A stretch of 63,711 nucleotides of DNA, filler included, from Octopus bimaculoides (lineage: Eukaryota): the NCBI RefSeq assembly GCF_001194135.2. It is 6 parts of 5 records of this genome, joined end to end, with 100 filler letters (N's around TTAATTAATTAA, not from the genome) between each part and the next. Parts side by side here need not be neighbours in the genome. Positions count along the whole stretch, not along the records: positions 26,588 to 44,232 come from NC_068991.1; positions 44,333 to 47,032 come from NC_068988.1; positions 47,133 to 49,158 come from NC_068986.1; positions 49,259 to 56,859 come from NC_068997.1; 2 more parts are not named here. One strand, given 5' to 3'. Numbering within the stretch: the stretch's first letter is position 1; the number at the start of each line of letters is the position of its first letter. The notes below the pieces were generated by a model. That model was not told where the DNA came from and ran no database searches. It saw only the letters and a list, made by a program, of their open reading frames with translations. This document shows, one piece after another, positions 40,110 through 52,945 of this stretch. The translations under genes were made by a program, and so were the position numbers.

Positions 40110-40832
40110 AGAGTCTTCCTCTCCAATCCCACCTTGCTTTTCAGATGATATCTGAAGTATGTTAGCAAACCGAGGCCAGAGACGAAGGACCCTGTCACTA
40201 ATCCTTCCATTCTAGTCCTTCAAACACACTCTTTCAATACTGCAACAGTACAGTAAAAACATGCCTCACCTTCCTTTGAAAGTCCAGTTGGCTGTATCAT
40301 CTTTATTATGGATTCAGCCGATAGCTGTACTTGTCCTAAATGTGACAACACGTGTTCTACGTAAATTATCAAACTTGAAAGTTCCCGACATTGTACAAAA
40401 GCGTGCTGGACAGTTTCCCTGTCCAACCCACATCTCGGACATGTCGGTGGCACTGCCATTCCGTGCCAAGATAACTTATCACGAACAGGTAAAGCGTTCC
40501 TGTAACACTGCCAAGCCAGAGATTTTTGCTAATTATCCAAATACCCCGGCCTGAAGGTTTTCTTGAACAGGTTGGTAAGTTGGTTCTCATCGAACCTCTG
40601 AGCCCCTCCTAGAATGTCATCATTTATTGCCTCTACTAGCCCTCTATAGAATGCCTGAACTGCTGTTGAAAATATATAGATTTCAAAGTGGCACACAGCC
40701 ACTGATTTGTATAATAGAAATATTATTATTTCTAAATCTCTCCAAGAGAGATATACAGTAACAGCACCATAAAGTAATGACTTTTTGCCAACATAATGTG
40801 GCAATCCCAGGATGGGATGAATGTTACTATTA
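40110..40832 (-). mobile_element. Tx1/L1-clade LINE ORF2 C-terminus (zf-RVT)
   Basis: KSLAWQCYRNALPVRDKLSWHGMAVPPTCPRCGLDRETVQHAFVQC. Confidence 0.88.
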
Positions 40833-40835
40833 TTG

Positions 40836-41443
40836 TAGATCAGTGACTGTGGTGAGAAAGGATCTGCAGACGTTGGGCCTCACTGAGAAGATGACAAGTG
40901 ATCAACACTTCTGGTAATTTACTATGCTTGAAAAGAAACATCAAGTTAAGTAAAATTGTGGCCATCCATGCATGCTGGCTGGTTCTGTATAGCCTGCACT
41001 ATGTAAAAAGCACTTGTGCCGGCACCATGTAAGATGCATTCACCACATAAAAAGCACTCATACCAGTGTCAAATACTGTGCACTCATACCAGCCCCACAT
41101 AAAATGTACTCGTTCCTGCACCTAGTAAAAAGCACTCATGCCAGCACCATGTAAAGGTACTCATGCCATCGCCACATGAGAAGCTTTCATTCTGACACCA
41201 CATAAAAAGCACTCGTGCCAGCACCATGTTATAAAGCACTCGTGCCAGTGCCACATACAAGTACCTGTGTCAGTTTGACATAAAAAGCACCCAGTACATT
41301 CTGTAAAGTGCTTGGCATTCGGAGAGGCATCCAGCCATATCAAAATAGACAAATAGAGCCTGGACAACTATCCGACTGGCCAACTTCTGTCAAACCATGC
41401 ATCCCATGCCAGCATGGAAAACAGACATTAAATGATGATGATG
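40836..41443 (+). mobile_element. RTE LINE 3' end with ~23-bp internal tandem repeat and (GAT)n tail; related tails at 41455-41640 (-) and 41920-42115 (+)
   Basis: gatctgcagacgttgggcctcactgag (compare 56565), aaaagcactcatgccagcaccatgt units, and ...gcatggaaaacagacattaaatgatgatg. Confidence 0.8.
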
Positions 41444-44332
41444 TATGTGTGTGTGTTTTTACAATCATTGCAACATTTTAATGTTCACTTTCTATGCTGG
41501 CATGTATTAGGTGGTTTGATAAGATCTGATGAGTTGGAGAAATGTGTTCAGCAGCTTTTGCATAGTTTCTATAGCTGCATGTCCTTCCTTACATCAACCA
41601 CTTTACAGAGTGTGTTGGGTGTTTCTTGTGACACTAGAACTAGTGAGGTTGCCAAGTAACTCACAAGTCAAAGAAAAAGACCTCCCCAACTGAGTAGAGA
41701 TGGAGAGGAGAGTAGATGTTGAGAAGTTAAATATGATTCAGGGAGTGGAACAGGTGTTTTGCTGTTGAGGAGATACATGGCCGTCTTGCTTTATATGGCT
41801 GCTTCTTTAGTGTTGATGTCATAAAAATGCCCACTATACAGTCTGCAAAGGCTGTGAGGTCTCTTTAATTATGTTGAGGACATGACACATCTCAAGTGTT
41901 GCTGCTAGGAAATAAGTACCTAGTACATTCTATAAAGCGGTTGGTACTAGGAAGGACATCCATTTGTAGCAACCAAGATAAAAATGAAACATGCAAGCAT
42001 AATTTGTGTAGTACTCCAGAATATATGCTGATTCTGACTGTAGCAATCTGTCCAACCATGTCAGCATGAAAAGTAACAATATGACACTGATGATAACAAC
42101 AATGATAATGATGATAATATATGTACATGATGTGTGTGTGTGTGGATGTGCATGTATATATGTATACTCACAAAACACACACACATATATACATGCAGAG
42201 GAGGAAAGAAAAGAGAGAAAAGGAGAAATGAGAGCAACATAGTGAACAGTAATCTCATATAGAGATTGAAAAGGTGTGACCTCCTTCATACTGATAAGAA
42301 ATGTCTAAGAGGGGTGGGTGGGTGAAACAAAGGTCATTATTACTGGACAGTAGAGAATTGGCATTGATTGATATGGGAGCATTGATTAGCTGTTAGAGAC
42401 AAACATATATAAAGACCTTTATAGAGTCCTGTATAATGACCTACATCTCTTTCTCTCTCTCTCTCTATATATATATGTACATACACCCATACATATATAC
42501 ATACATACACATATCTATATTTACATCTATCAGTCTACATACTTACATACATAAATACGTACATTCATATATACATACCTCTCTCTCTCTACACACACAC
42601 ACACACGCACGTTTTTCTAAAAAACGATATATATATATTATATAATAAATGCCAAAACGAATTTCTGTGTGTCATTGTGTCACACTTTGACCCCCTCTCT
42701 CACTATTCAATGACACTTCTTCTACTCCTCTTTCTGGGGTGATAGTAAATAGTATAAGCTGTAGTTGTGATAGAGGTGGAGGTGATGGTGATCATGGTGG
42801 TGGTGGTGGTGGTAGCTGAGGCGGTCAAGCACGACACTGATAGTAAGGGATGTGAAAGACAGTAGTGATGGTGGTGGAGAGGAAGGCAGTGAAGTCAAAG
42901 GTGTTGATGGTGGTGGCATCAAAAGTCCAATGATGTGTGCAGAGCAGTTGTGGTGGTAATGTTGGTTGTACTGGTGATGGTGATGGTTGAAAACAATCAA
43001 CAGAAAGAGAGAGAGAGAGAAAGTAAGAGGTTAAGAAGAAAAAAAATTGTATTGACCCCCGAATGAGAAGACAAAAAATGTTGTTTATCATGAAGCTTTG
43101 CAATAAGTTCCAAGTCAACATATTGTATCATGGTTTTGATGAAAATTGTTCATTGCTTGAAAAATATTGGTCAAGTTTTTAAAAATTTAATATATACTCA
43201 ATGCATCAAGTGTCATTATTGGGCTCAAGGCCCAATGAAGAGTCCTTCACAGGAACTAGCTTAGAAGCTAGTATATTTGTTTTATTCTCATTGTTCACGT
43301 ATTTCACTTGTTTTTCCCTCGCTTGTTTATGTATTTTATGTTATTTGCACTGCTGGTGACATCCTGTACCCATATATGCATGTGTGTGTATATATATATA
43401 TATATATAGGTAAATGATAGGGTTGCCTCAATCTTTCAGGGGTAGTCTGAAGCATCCAAGCAACCAGGGGATGTTTAAATCCGGAGGCACTCCTGGGGAT
43501 CACCTGTACGGGTACCGTCTTGGGTAGAGGGCATCCAGAGGCAGGTAATTTATTGTTTAAACCGTAGTTTATAATTATATTTATGTGGAGAATGGAGCAA
43601 CAAATACAAGAAGAAGCAATTCTGTTGGGCTAGTTAGCCGTTGTTTTATTATGTGGAGGTTATGTAAAGAGTCATTGTGGAGGTTGAGGTCATGTAGTGA
43701 GTCATTGTGAATGTTATGTAATAGTCATTTACGTACGTTTCAATCTAGCCAATGGTTTGGCTGATCTCATCAGAATGTTGAGGAGTATGTTAAGAGTTCG
43801 TTGTGCGAGGGATGTAGGGGAAGTGATTGGTGGGTATATTAATGTATATGGTGGTGTAACAATATCGATAGGTAAAGAAAGCCTTATGTTTTAGTTGAAG
43901 TTGTGTTGGTCTTCCTGTAAGGGGATGTAGGATGGGTGCTATTTAAGTTCATTATTCCGGTTTTAATCAAATGCATCTCCACGTGATTTTATGATTGAGG
44001 GATCCGTCGTATATTTATAGCACCGGCGGTGTTAGTACAGGGAAGCAACCTTAAATTTAGGTGAAAAGGGGGCTAACTCTGGTCTTATTCGTATCTACTT
44101 ATAATTAATAATACTTAGAGGGAAAGTTCTTTTATGCTTATTTAGTTTAGCTTAGGAGGTGTAGTGTATTATATATTTAATTATACTTGGAGAATGAGTA
44201 TTTAGTAGCGTGAAGACAGATTAGACTAGATTNNNNNNNNNNNNNNNNNNNNNNNNNNNNNNNNNNNNNNNNNNNNTTAATTAATTAANNNNNNNNNNNN
44301 NNNNNNNNNNNNNNNNNNNNNNNNNNNNNNNN

Positions 44333-45568
44333 ATGTCAGTGTGCATACTCGACAGAGTGTAAGTACTTTGAGAGAAAAGTTGGACCTAAGAAGCATCAGT
44401 TGTGGTGTGCAAGAGAGACGATTGCGCTGGTATGGTCATGTGGCAAGAATGGATGACGGCGGTGAGCTGGCAGAAACGTTAGCACACCGGGCGAAATGCT
44501 TAGCAGTATTTCGTATGCCTTTACGTTCTGAGTTCAAATTCCGCCGAGGTCGACTTTGCCTTTCATCCTTTCGGGGTCGATAAATAAAGTACCAGTTACA
44601 CACTGGGGTCGATGTAATCCCTTTGTCTGTCCTTGTTTGTCCCCTCTGTGTGTAGCCCCTTGTGGGCAGTAAAGAAATAACAATGGATGAGGATAGCTGG
44701 ATGAAAAAGTGCCACACCTTAGCGGTTGAAGGAACCTGTGGAAGAGGTAAAGCCAGGAAGACCTGGGATGAGGTGGTGAAGCACGACCTTCGAACATTAG
44801 GCCTCACCGAGGCAATGACTTGTGACCGAGACCTTTGCAAATATGCAGTGATTGAGAAGACCCGGCAAGCCAAGTGAAACCATAATCCGAGGCCTCTGCC
44901 AGGGATGTAGCCAGCCCACTTATGCTTACCTTTCCTTCATTGGACACTAAGCTCTGCTTGCAAAGACCTTTTGAGGCAAGTGAAATCGAAATCGAACCAA
45001 ATTCGACGCCAGACACCCATGCCAACCTCTCCTTCATTGGACACTATACTCGGCTTGTGAAGACCTGTTGGGGCAAGTGAAATCGAAATCATGATTGAAC
45101 AGAATTCGATGACTGGCACCTGTGCCAGTGGAGCGCTAAGAGCACAGTTTGAGCGTGATCACTGCCAGAGCAGCTGTCTGGCTTCTGTGCCAGTGGTACG
45201 TAAATAGCACCATTTGAGCGTGATTGTTACCAGCATCGCCTCACTGGCACTTGTGCCAGTGGCACATGAAAAACATTTGAGCAAGGTCATTGCCAATGCC
45301 ACTGAACTGGCTCCTGTGCAGGTGGCACATAAAAAACACCATTTTGAGCGTGGCCATTGCCAGTACTGCCTGACTGGCCCTCGTGCTGGTGGCACGTAAA
45401 AGCACCCACTACACTTTCGGAGTGGTTGGCATTAGGAAGGGCATCCAGTTGTAGAAACTCTGCCAGATCAGATTGGAGCCTGGTGCAGCCTTCTGGTTCG
45501 CCAGTCCTCAGTCAAATCGTCCAGCCCATGCTAGCATGGAAGGTGGACGTTAAATGATGATGAAGATG

Positions 45569-45570
<2 letters not shown>
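44333..45570 (+). mobile_element. RTE LINE 3' end and 3' UTR, interrupted by a SINE
   Basis: STLREKLDLRSISCGVQERRLRWYGHVARMD|EDSWMKKCHTLAVEGTCGRGKARKTWDEVV...; colinear with 56333-56860. Confidence 0.93.
44457..44681 (+). mobile_element. Full-length SINE family A nested in the RTE, 9-bp TSD
   Basis: AATGGATGA at 44448-44456 and 44682-44690; the homologous site at ~56450 is uninterrupted. Confidence 0.96.
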
Positions 45571-45605
<35 letters not shown>

Positions 45606-46996
45606 NNNNNNNNNNNNNNNNNNNNNNNNNNNNNNNNNNNNNNNNNNNNNNNNNNNNNNNNNNNNNNNNNNNNNNNNNNNNNNNNNNNNNNNNNNNNNNN
45701 NNNNNNNNNNNNNNNNNNNNNNNNNNNNNNNNNNNNNNNNNNNNNNNNNNNNNNNNNNNNNNNNNNNNNNNNNNNNNNNNNNNNNNNNNNNNNNNNNNNN
45801 NNNNNNNNNNNNNNNNNNNNNNNNNGGGGTTATTTTACCCTAAATTTATATAGCAATTAGAAAATAGAGGATAATATGCTGTACCCAACGACTTACAGAC
45901 AGTGTATTCCGTTGAATTAATTAACTTATTTTGTAACTAAAATGACAAAAACCACAAAATACAAATGTTTATGACAAACCATGTTATATTGACAATTGGG
46001 GTTACAAATATAAAGTACATTAGGAATTTGAGAATAAACATAAACTTACAGCTTTTTCAGCCTAGCGTTGGCATGCCCCATTCTATCCAAATAGCTCCTG
46101 CCGGAGTAATTAGCAGATGAAATGCTGAAATGGGGGTACATGCACGATTCGCTAGGCCTCTTCAGAGATTCACAAAAATTCCACACAAATATAAAATAAG
46201 AAATAAAATCAAAAATAAAATAGAAATAAAAATAAAAATAAAAATAAGGGTACAGTAAGAATAAAATAAATAAATGAAAAATGAAAATATAAAATATGAA
46301 AATATAAAAAAATATAAGGCACATAAAAAGCCTATAAACAGTACATGAGGTCATACAAATAGTTATAGACACTCCAATATCTAAGTCCAAGTGCATAACC
46401 ATACTTAGATGTCCAATGATTCAAGATCATATATATATGTGAGTACATATGTGTGTATATATCCATCTATCCCCTCGCACATATGTATACATATACAATT
46501 ATGTATACACAGACATTCTCCTACGTACATGGTCCCTGGTACCGACACTATTCAATGTGTTTTTGAAGGTTGTTTATGTTTTTAAAAAAATTTGCTGAGT
46601 GTGTGCGTGTCAGTTCTGTATATTTTGGATGGGTCTATGTGGAAGTTCATTTCATAGGAGTTATTAATACTGCATAATGGAAGCTCATTTCAGAGAGTCA
46701 TTTTGTAAATGTGTGCAAATACAAGAGTAGGAGATGACTTTCTAAAATGAACTTCCATTATGCAGCTGAGGAGTACATTTTCATTGCACATCTTATGTGG
46801 TGTTCTCACTACATAAACAAATGAAGTTTGTACGAAATGTACGTACTGCTATAACCTAATGAACTTTTGTTGCTTTTCTTCAAATTTTTTTCACCAAATC
46901 TCTTGATATTGTTTTTGGTTTTTACCCTACCAAATTCTGGTGCCTCAAACATTTTAAGTACCACATTTAATCTTTTGATTAAATCTATATTATTAT

Positions 46997-47032
<36 letters not shown>

Positions 47033-47829
47033 NNNNNNNNNNNNNNNNNNNNNNNNNNNNNNNNNNNNNNNNNNNNTTAATTAATTAANNNNNNNNNNNN
47101 NNNNNNNNNNNNNNNNNNNNNNNNNNNNNNNNAAATGGGTAGGGGTGGGTAGGTACCGCCAGCGAGTAGATAGGGCTCTTAATTGTAGATTTTAAATATT
47201 TGAGAGACAACAATGCATAAATCGTAATTTTTAAAAGAGCAATGAATTCTGGGTGATTAGAATATAACGTAGCATGAATTTAGGAAGCTTAGAAAATGAA
47301 TAAGCATGAATTTAAGACAACAACTGAATTCAATTGAATTTCATGGAGAGAAACAAGATAAATAATAGAGGGCAAACTAAAGCGCGAAGGTATTATGAGA
47401 TGTTTGAGGCCGTAAATAAATAAAAAATCTCTATCTTATCTGCATCTTGGAGATTTCGTCGTAGTATGTCAGCGAGATAATTTAGAATGGGTTTCTCATT
47501 TATATCTTCATTTGAAGTAATTTAGGGGTAGGGGTTATGGGGTGTGTATGTGTTGATATGCAGTTTTACTGTAATACAGTATTGCAGTTCTGCATGTTGG
47601 TTAACTATAGAAAGAAATAAGAGAAAAAAACATAGACACAACTAGCAATTCCCTGTAATTTTTCTACTCTCTTCAATCAAATTTTAGCCACTATGTTATA
47701 TCACTAGTTTCACAAATGGTTCAATCAGAAATCAAAATCACATTGCAAACTTGTCTTGCCAGCAGCCTAATATGTATAACTTATAAAGATTAATAGACCT
47801 TAGCTACTGTATTTGTTGGTGTATAAGAT

Positions 47830-48070
47830 ACTAGCAGTATAACCCGACGTTGTCCGGTTGTGACTTATTATGCCATCTACGCTAAGTCTTGCTAGGTGAA
47901 AATCAACTAAAAAAGAAAGCCTTACAACGAAAAAACCCTTATGATGTAAATATGTTCATAATTCAAAAGACAATGAAATTAATAGGGAAAGTCTGAAGGC
48001 TGTTTTGCGTAACATCATTAAGTGTACGTAAATTTCATCCGTCTAATTGGCTATAGAAATGCTTGTGCAA
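47830..48070 (+). mobile_element. Possible Helentron/HINE-like non-autonomous element
   Basis: Starts actagcagtataacccgacgttgtccgg (ACTAG plus a subterminal hairpin). The 3' end is unclear. Confidence 0.3.
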
Positions 48071-48334
48071 AACAACATTTTGCACTGCCTTGATTATACA
48101 TAGCAGGGTAATTCTTTTTCGCGGATTGGGCAGTAGATGTTGATGCACCATTTTGCATTATGTTCAAAGTAGCTTCTGGAATGTGGTGAATTGCTGCAGT
48201 CTGTTGCTGTCTTTTTGAAATGGTTGCTTTCTTTCCCCAGCAAGCTGTCTTGTTTTGAGGCATAATCTATGTACATATTAAACAGAACAACAAAAGTTAT
48301 AACAGATAGCAGGGTCGGTAGTTTTCACATTTCA

Positions 48335-48534
48335 GTAATTTTTCAGATTAACACCCGCACGATTACGTAACCCTAACCCTAAAACCCTAACCCTGACCCT
48401 TAAACCGTAACCGTAACACTAACCCTAATCGTAACCCTAACCATAACCGCAACGCTAAAACCCTAACCCTGACCCAAAAACCATAACCCTAACTACCTAG
48501 TGAAAATCATGTGGGTGTTAATCTGAAAAATTAC
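48335..48534. mobile_element. TIR-bounded element enclosing a degenerate (CCCTAA)n array
   Basis: 30-bp inverted repeats at 48335-48364 and 48505-48534 (28/30 identical). Confidence 0.8.
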
Positions 48535-49066
48535 CCACATTTGTAATGAAGTTCACTGATTTGTAATGTGTTGTCCATAAGCTCTGTAGTTTGTATATTT
48601 ACAAGACATTGACGAACATGAGTTATATTGTAGTGAATGCTTGTGTGTACGTGTGCGTGCATGCATTTGAGAGAGCGAAAGAGAAGAGGGAGAGAGAAAA
48701 AGAGAGAGAGGGGTAGAAAGGAATAGAGAATGGGAGCAATGAAGAGAGAGAAAGAGAGGAAGGGAGAACGGAAGACAGTTATAAAATAGCAATGCGTGCG
48801 CATGTTTATATAAGAAACACACAGAAGCTAAATCTTATATCTATAATGTTGATGTGTGTATGTGTTTATGTGTATGTTGTTGTCATAGATCACGTATGTG
48901 TGGTTGAGTGTGTTTTTACGTTTCTATGTTATGAAAAATATGTTAGAGGTAGAGGGATAGAAGAAAGCTATTAAATGGGAGAGAGGAAGAAGAACGAAGT
49001 AAGAGTGAAAAGGTAGAAGGAAAGAATAGTCTTAAAGCAAGTTAATCTATGACTTTGTATGTATCA

Positions 49067-49103
<37 letters not shown>

Positions 49104-49269
49104 TTTTACTCTTACTCTCTATATTATATGTTGAGCGTGTGATCGATGTGTAAGAACANNNNNNNNNNNNNNNNNNNNNNNNNNNNNNNNNNNNNNNNNN
49201 NNTTAATTAATTAANNNNNNNNNNNNNNNNNNNNNNNNNNNNNNNNNNNNNNNNNNNNATATATATATA

Positions 49270-50210
49270 TATAGATTTACAGTTAGATAAATTCAAGCCC
49301 TACCCTAAGCCCAATGAAAAGCTATGTTATGTTAGCAAAGAATCTAATCATCCACCCGTAATTCTTAAGAACCTAGTTAGTAATGTAGGAAGGTGAATAT
49401 CATCAATTTCTTCGGATGAGACAGCAGTGAAAATGCTACTCCGTATTACAATAATGCATTAAGGAAAAGTGGATTCTTGGAGAAGATCCAATATAATCAG
49501 GTTAATTCTAGCAATAATAGGCCATATAGAACTAGGACTAGGAAAGTTTTGTGGTTTAACCCTGCATTTAATATGGCTGCAAAAACTAATATAGGGAGGG
49601 AATTCTTAAAATTAATCTCTAAGCATTTTCAACCTAGCCATAAGTTCTATAGAATATTTAAGAGGAGAATGCTGAAGGTTAGCTATTTTTGTTGCAAAAA
49701 CTTCACCTCTTTTATTAGCCAGCACAACATAAATTATTACAGACAACTACAGTGCTGAATCTAATCCGAGGAATTGTAACTTCAAAGATGAGACTTGCTG
49801 TCCTTTGGAAGGAAAATGTCTTGAAAAAGGTATTGTTTATAGAGACAAAGTGCAAATAAATGGCTTGCAGGAATATAAAACATATACAGGGGCTTTAGAA
49901 AATTCATTGAAGACTCGATTCTATTCCCTCTGAAATTCCTTCCGATACCCCGAGAACAGGACAGCCACTAGTCTTGCAAAGCACGTCTGGGAATTGAAAG
50001 AGAATGACACCCATCCTTTCAATGTAGCCTGGAAAATTCTTGATAAAGCATCATCATGCAGACATGGAGCTTAGAAAAGACCAATGATATGTAATATTTG
50101 CCTTTCTGAAAAATTCTTCATCCTGTTCCAGGATAAAAAAGGCTTTGAACCAGAAACGCAAGCTCTTAAATTCCTGCAGGCACACCACAAAATTTAAAAT
50201 GTCAACCGAC
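49270..50210 (+). mobile_element. Penelope-like element 3' half (RT C-terminus, Cys-rich linker, GIY-YIG), decayed
   Basis: RTRKVLWFNPAFNMAAKTNIGREFLKLISKHF; CPLEGKCLEKGIVY...KTYTG...KTRF...SLAKHVWELKE...WKILD...CNICLSEK. Confidence 0.9.
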
Positions 50211-51113
50211 AAAATACCGTATGGGTAAAATGTTTTGACTTTCGAAATATTTTTTGACTGTTACATTCGAATTTGACTTTACAGTGTGGTTATTTTGCAT
50301 CGTAATGATGATATATATGTTTCGACTAAATCTTTAAGAAAGCCTTCAACTGTTTTATATATTAATTTTAAGCTTAAACTTCACTGAGGTTCATTTTAAT
50401 TTTATTTTATTTTTACCCACCTATTTAATTATGTTACATCAAATTAATGTACAATTTCATTATTTTATATTTTTTAATTTTTATTTTTTACATTTTAATA
50501 TTATACACACTGGGCAGCTTTTTAAAAATTGTTTGCATATATGTGTTATGATGTAGATATGTCTCCATACATTTATATTTACACGTATGTATGTATTGTA
50601 GGTATGTATATGTATGTATATGCATGTATGTGTTTGTATGTATACATGCATATATATGTGCATGCATATATAGATGTGAATGTATATGTGCGTATATTTT
50701 TGTTTATGTGAGCATGTATTTGCGTACATATTTTTGTATATTTATATATATATTTATACTAATGTAGATAAACATGTAATTTTATGTGTGCGTTTGTTGC
50801 GCTAACCATATGAAGTTATCTAATCCTGTTCGCTACTTGCAAGCACCTTTATGTAATACTCTGTGTCCCTATCTATTTATTCCCCTTTCTCTTGCTAGTC
50901 TTCTGTTTCTCTTTCGTTTTCTTCTTCTCCATTGTCTTCCTCCTCCTCCTCCCCATGATTAATGTTTACCTTCTCTTTCTTTTGCCTGTAACAACTAACT
51001 TGTATAAGCATACACTAGGAGATTTTGTGTGCGTGCATGTGTGCATATATATATAAATAGAGAAAAGGATAAAGAGAACAATGGTAGAGCTAGAAATATA
51101 TTTTATGGATAGA

Positions 51114-51162
51114 GTCTTACAGCTGTTTCAGGGAAGATCCAATGCATCCCTTCATCAGAGAC
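51114..51162 (-). ncRNA. Minimal type I hammerhead ribozyme
   Basis: Exact reverse complement of 52897-52945. Confidence 0.85.
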
Positions 51163-52896
51163 AGAAATAGTAGAGGAATCGATTATTATATCTATAAGCG
51201 GAGAGTTATAGTAGGAAGTGAGAGTGAGTGTGATGCGCTGAAAAAAGAAAGAAAAAACAGTACTTGGAGTGTAGCTTCATTCCAGTAGTAAGTAACCGTG
51301 TAAATAATCCTTGTGGGAATTTTCCGGAGATAGTTGTAGCAAAAGCTGAAATAGCAGAGGTGGATATATGGCATATCGTGTCCGAAGTATATTGCGTGTG
51401 TTTACTTGAAGGATATCCCAAATCAAGTGAGAGATGTGTGCAGGGTAAATAGGTCAAGTCTTAAAGACAGAAGGGAAAGGGGAGAGAGAAGTGATTCAGG
51501 TGGGGAATGGTAATGATATATTTTGTGGTCAGTTAATCTGACTGGACAGAGAGAATAAGTATTGGGAGTAAAGGAGGAAGAGGGGATAGAGGTAAAAGTT
51601 TAGTAAGGAAGAAGGAATGCGCAGAGGTAGTATGGAGGGGTAGGCTATAAGTGGTGAGGGTATGGGTGACATTCCAAAGACAGTATTAAAGGAAAAGGAG
51701 AAAGAGAAAGAATTAGTAGTACCATATTCTAAAAAAAAGAGCGAAACCTAATTTACTGATGGTAGAAGGGGGATCAGATGTTACTAAGAGTGGAATGTGT
51801 TTATCAACAAGGAGCCTGTAGGCGGTGGTGGTCTTATTGGCAAGGAAGTGTAAAGTAAGTAAATTTGGGAAAAATATATTAAGTAGTGATAGGATCAAAA
51901 AAGAAATAAATCTATTCTAAAGATGGTATAAGGGGGACTATTTTGCTAGGTCGAATAGGTTGCCTATAGGGAGCTGTGTGATTATGTTGTGGTCATTTGT
52001 GCATTTTTGTCTGTGATAAAATTTAAATGTATGGAAGAAACGGTGATTGCAGGTGCTAAATGCTTCATTATATCGATTAAGTAGAGTGGGAGAATTGTAT
52101 TTTAAAATATGGAATGCCTCCTTTAAGCAGAGCTTGCAATTAGAGCGCTGGCCCTGGTATGGAATTCCGGAGTCTAGGATGGACCATTTTAAAGTATACT
52201 GGGTATTTGTGCTTTTGAGGTGATGAATGTGGTTGGCTAGTGTTGTAGATTTACTGTGTTTGTCATATCTAAAAGAGTGCAAATGGGCTGCGAAGCGATG
52301 TTTGAAGTTTTTAATTGCACCTATGTATGTAGCTGTAGAGTTATGTAATAGATTTCTTACAGTGCATTTATATATTACGTTGTATCTTACGCAATGCGTT
52401 TGAAGCGGGCAGATTGTCCCTTTTCCTTTAATACTGTCTTTGGAATGTCACCCATACCCTCACCACTTATAGCCTAACCCTCCATACTACCTCTGCGCAT
52501 TCATTCTTCCTTACTAAACCTTTACCTCTACCCCGCCTTCCTCCTTTACTCCCAATACTTATTCTCTCTGTCCAGTCAGATTAACTGACCACAAAACATA
52601 TCACTACCATTCCCCACCTGAATCACTTCTCTCTCCCCTTTCCCTTCTGTCTTTAAGACTTGACCTATTTACCCTGCACACATCTCTCACTTGATTTGGG
52701 ATATCCTTCAAGTAAACACACGCAGTATTCTTCGGACACGATATGCCATATATCCACCTCTGCTATTTCAGCCTTTGCTACAACAACTATCTCCGGAAAA
52801 TTCCCACATGGATTATTTACACGGATACTTAATACTATAACTTCCTACTATAACTCTCCACTTATAGATATAATAATCGATTCCTCTACTATTTCT

Positions 52897-52945
52897 GTCT
52901 CTGATGAAGGGATGCATTGGATCTTCCCTGAAACAGCTGTAAGAC
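52897..52945 (+). ncRNA. Minimal type I hammerhead ribozyme
   Basis: GTCT-CTGATGA-AGGGA(tgcattggatct)TCCCT-GAAA-C(agct)G-TA-AGAC: intact core, 4-bp stem I, 5-bp stem II, palindromic mini stem III, GUA cleavage triplet. Confidence 0.88.

Noticed and set aside
43430-44210. Possible LINE ORF1 zinc-knuckle remnant on the minus strand (RRCYKY...IKSRG)
   Set aside because: Too decayed to assign without an HMM search.
39825-48500. TTAGGG/CCCTAA runs as relics of a chromosome-end fusion
   Set aside because: They are short, degenerate and each enclosed by TIRs, so transposon cargo is the simpler explanation.
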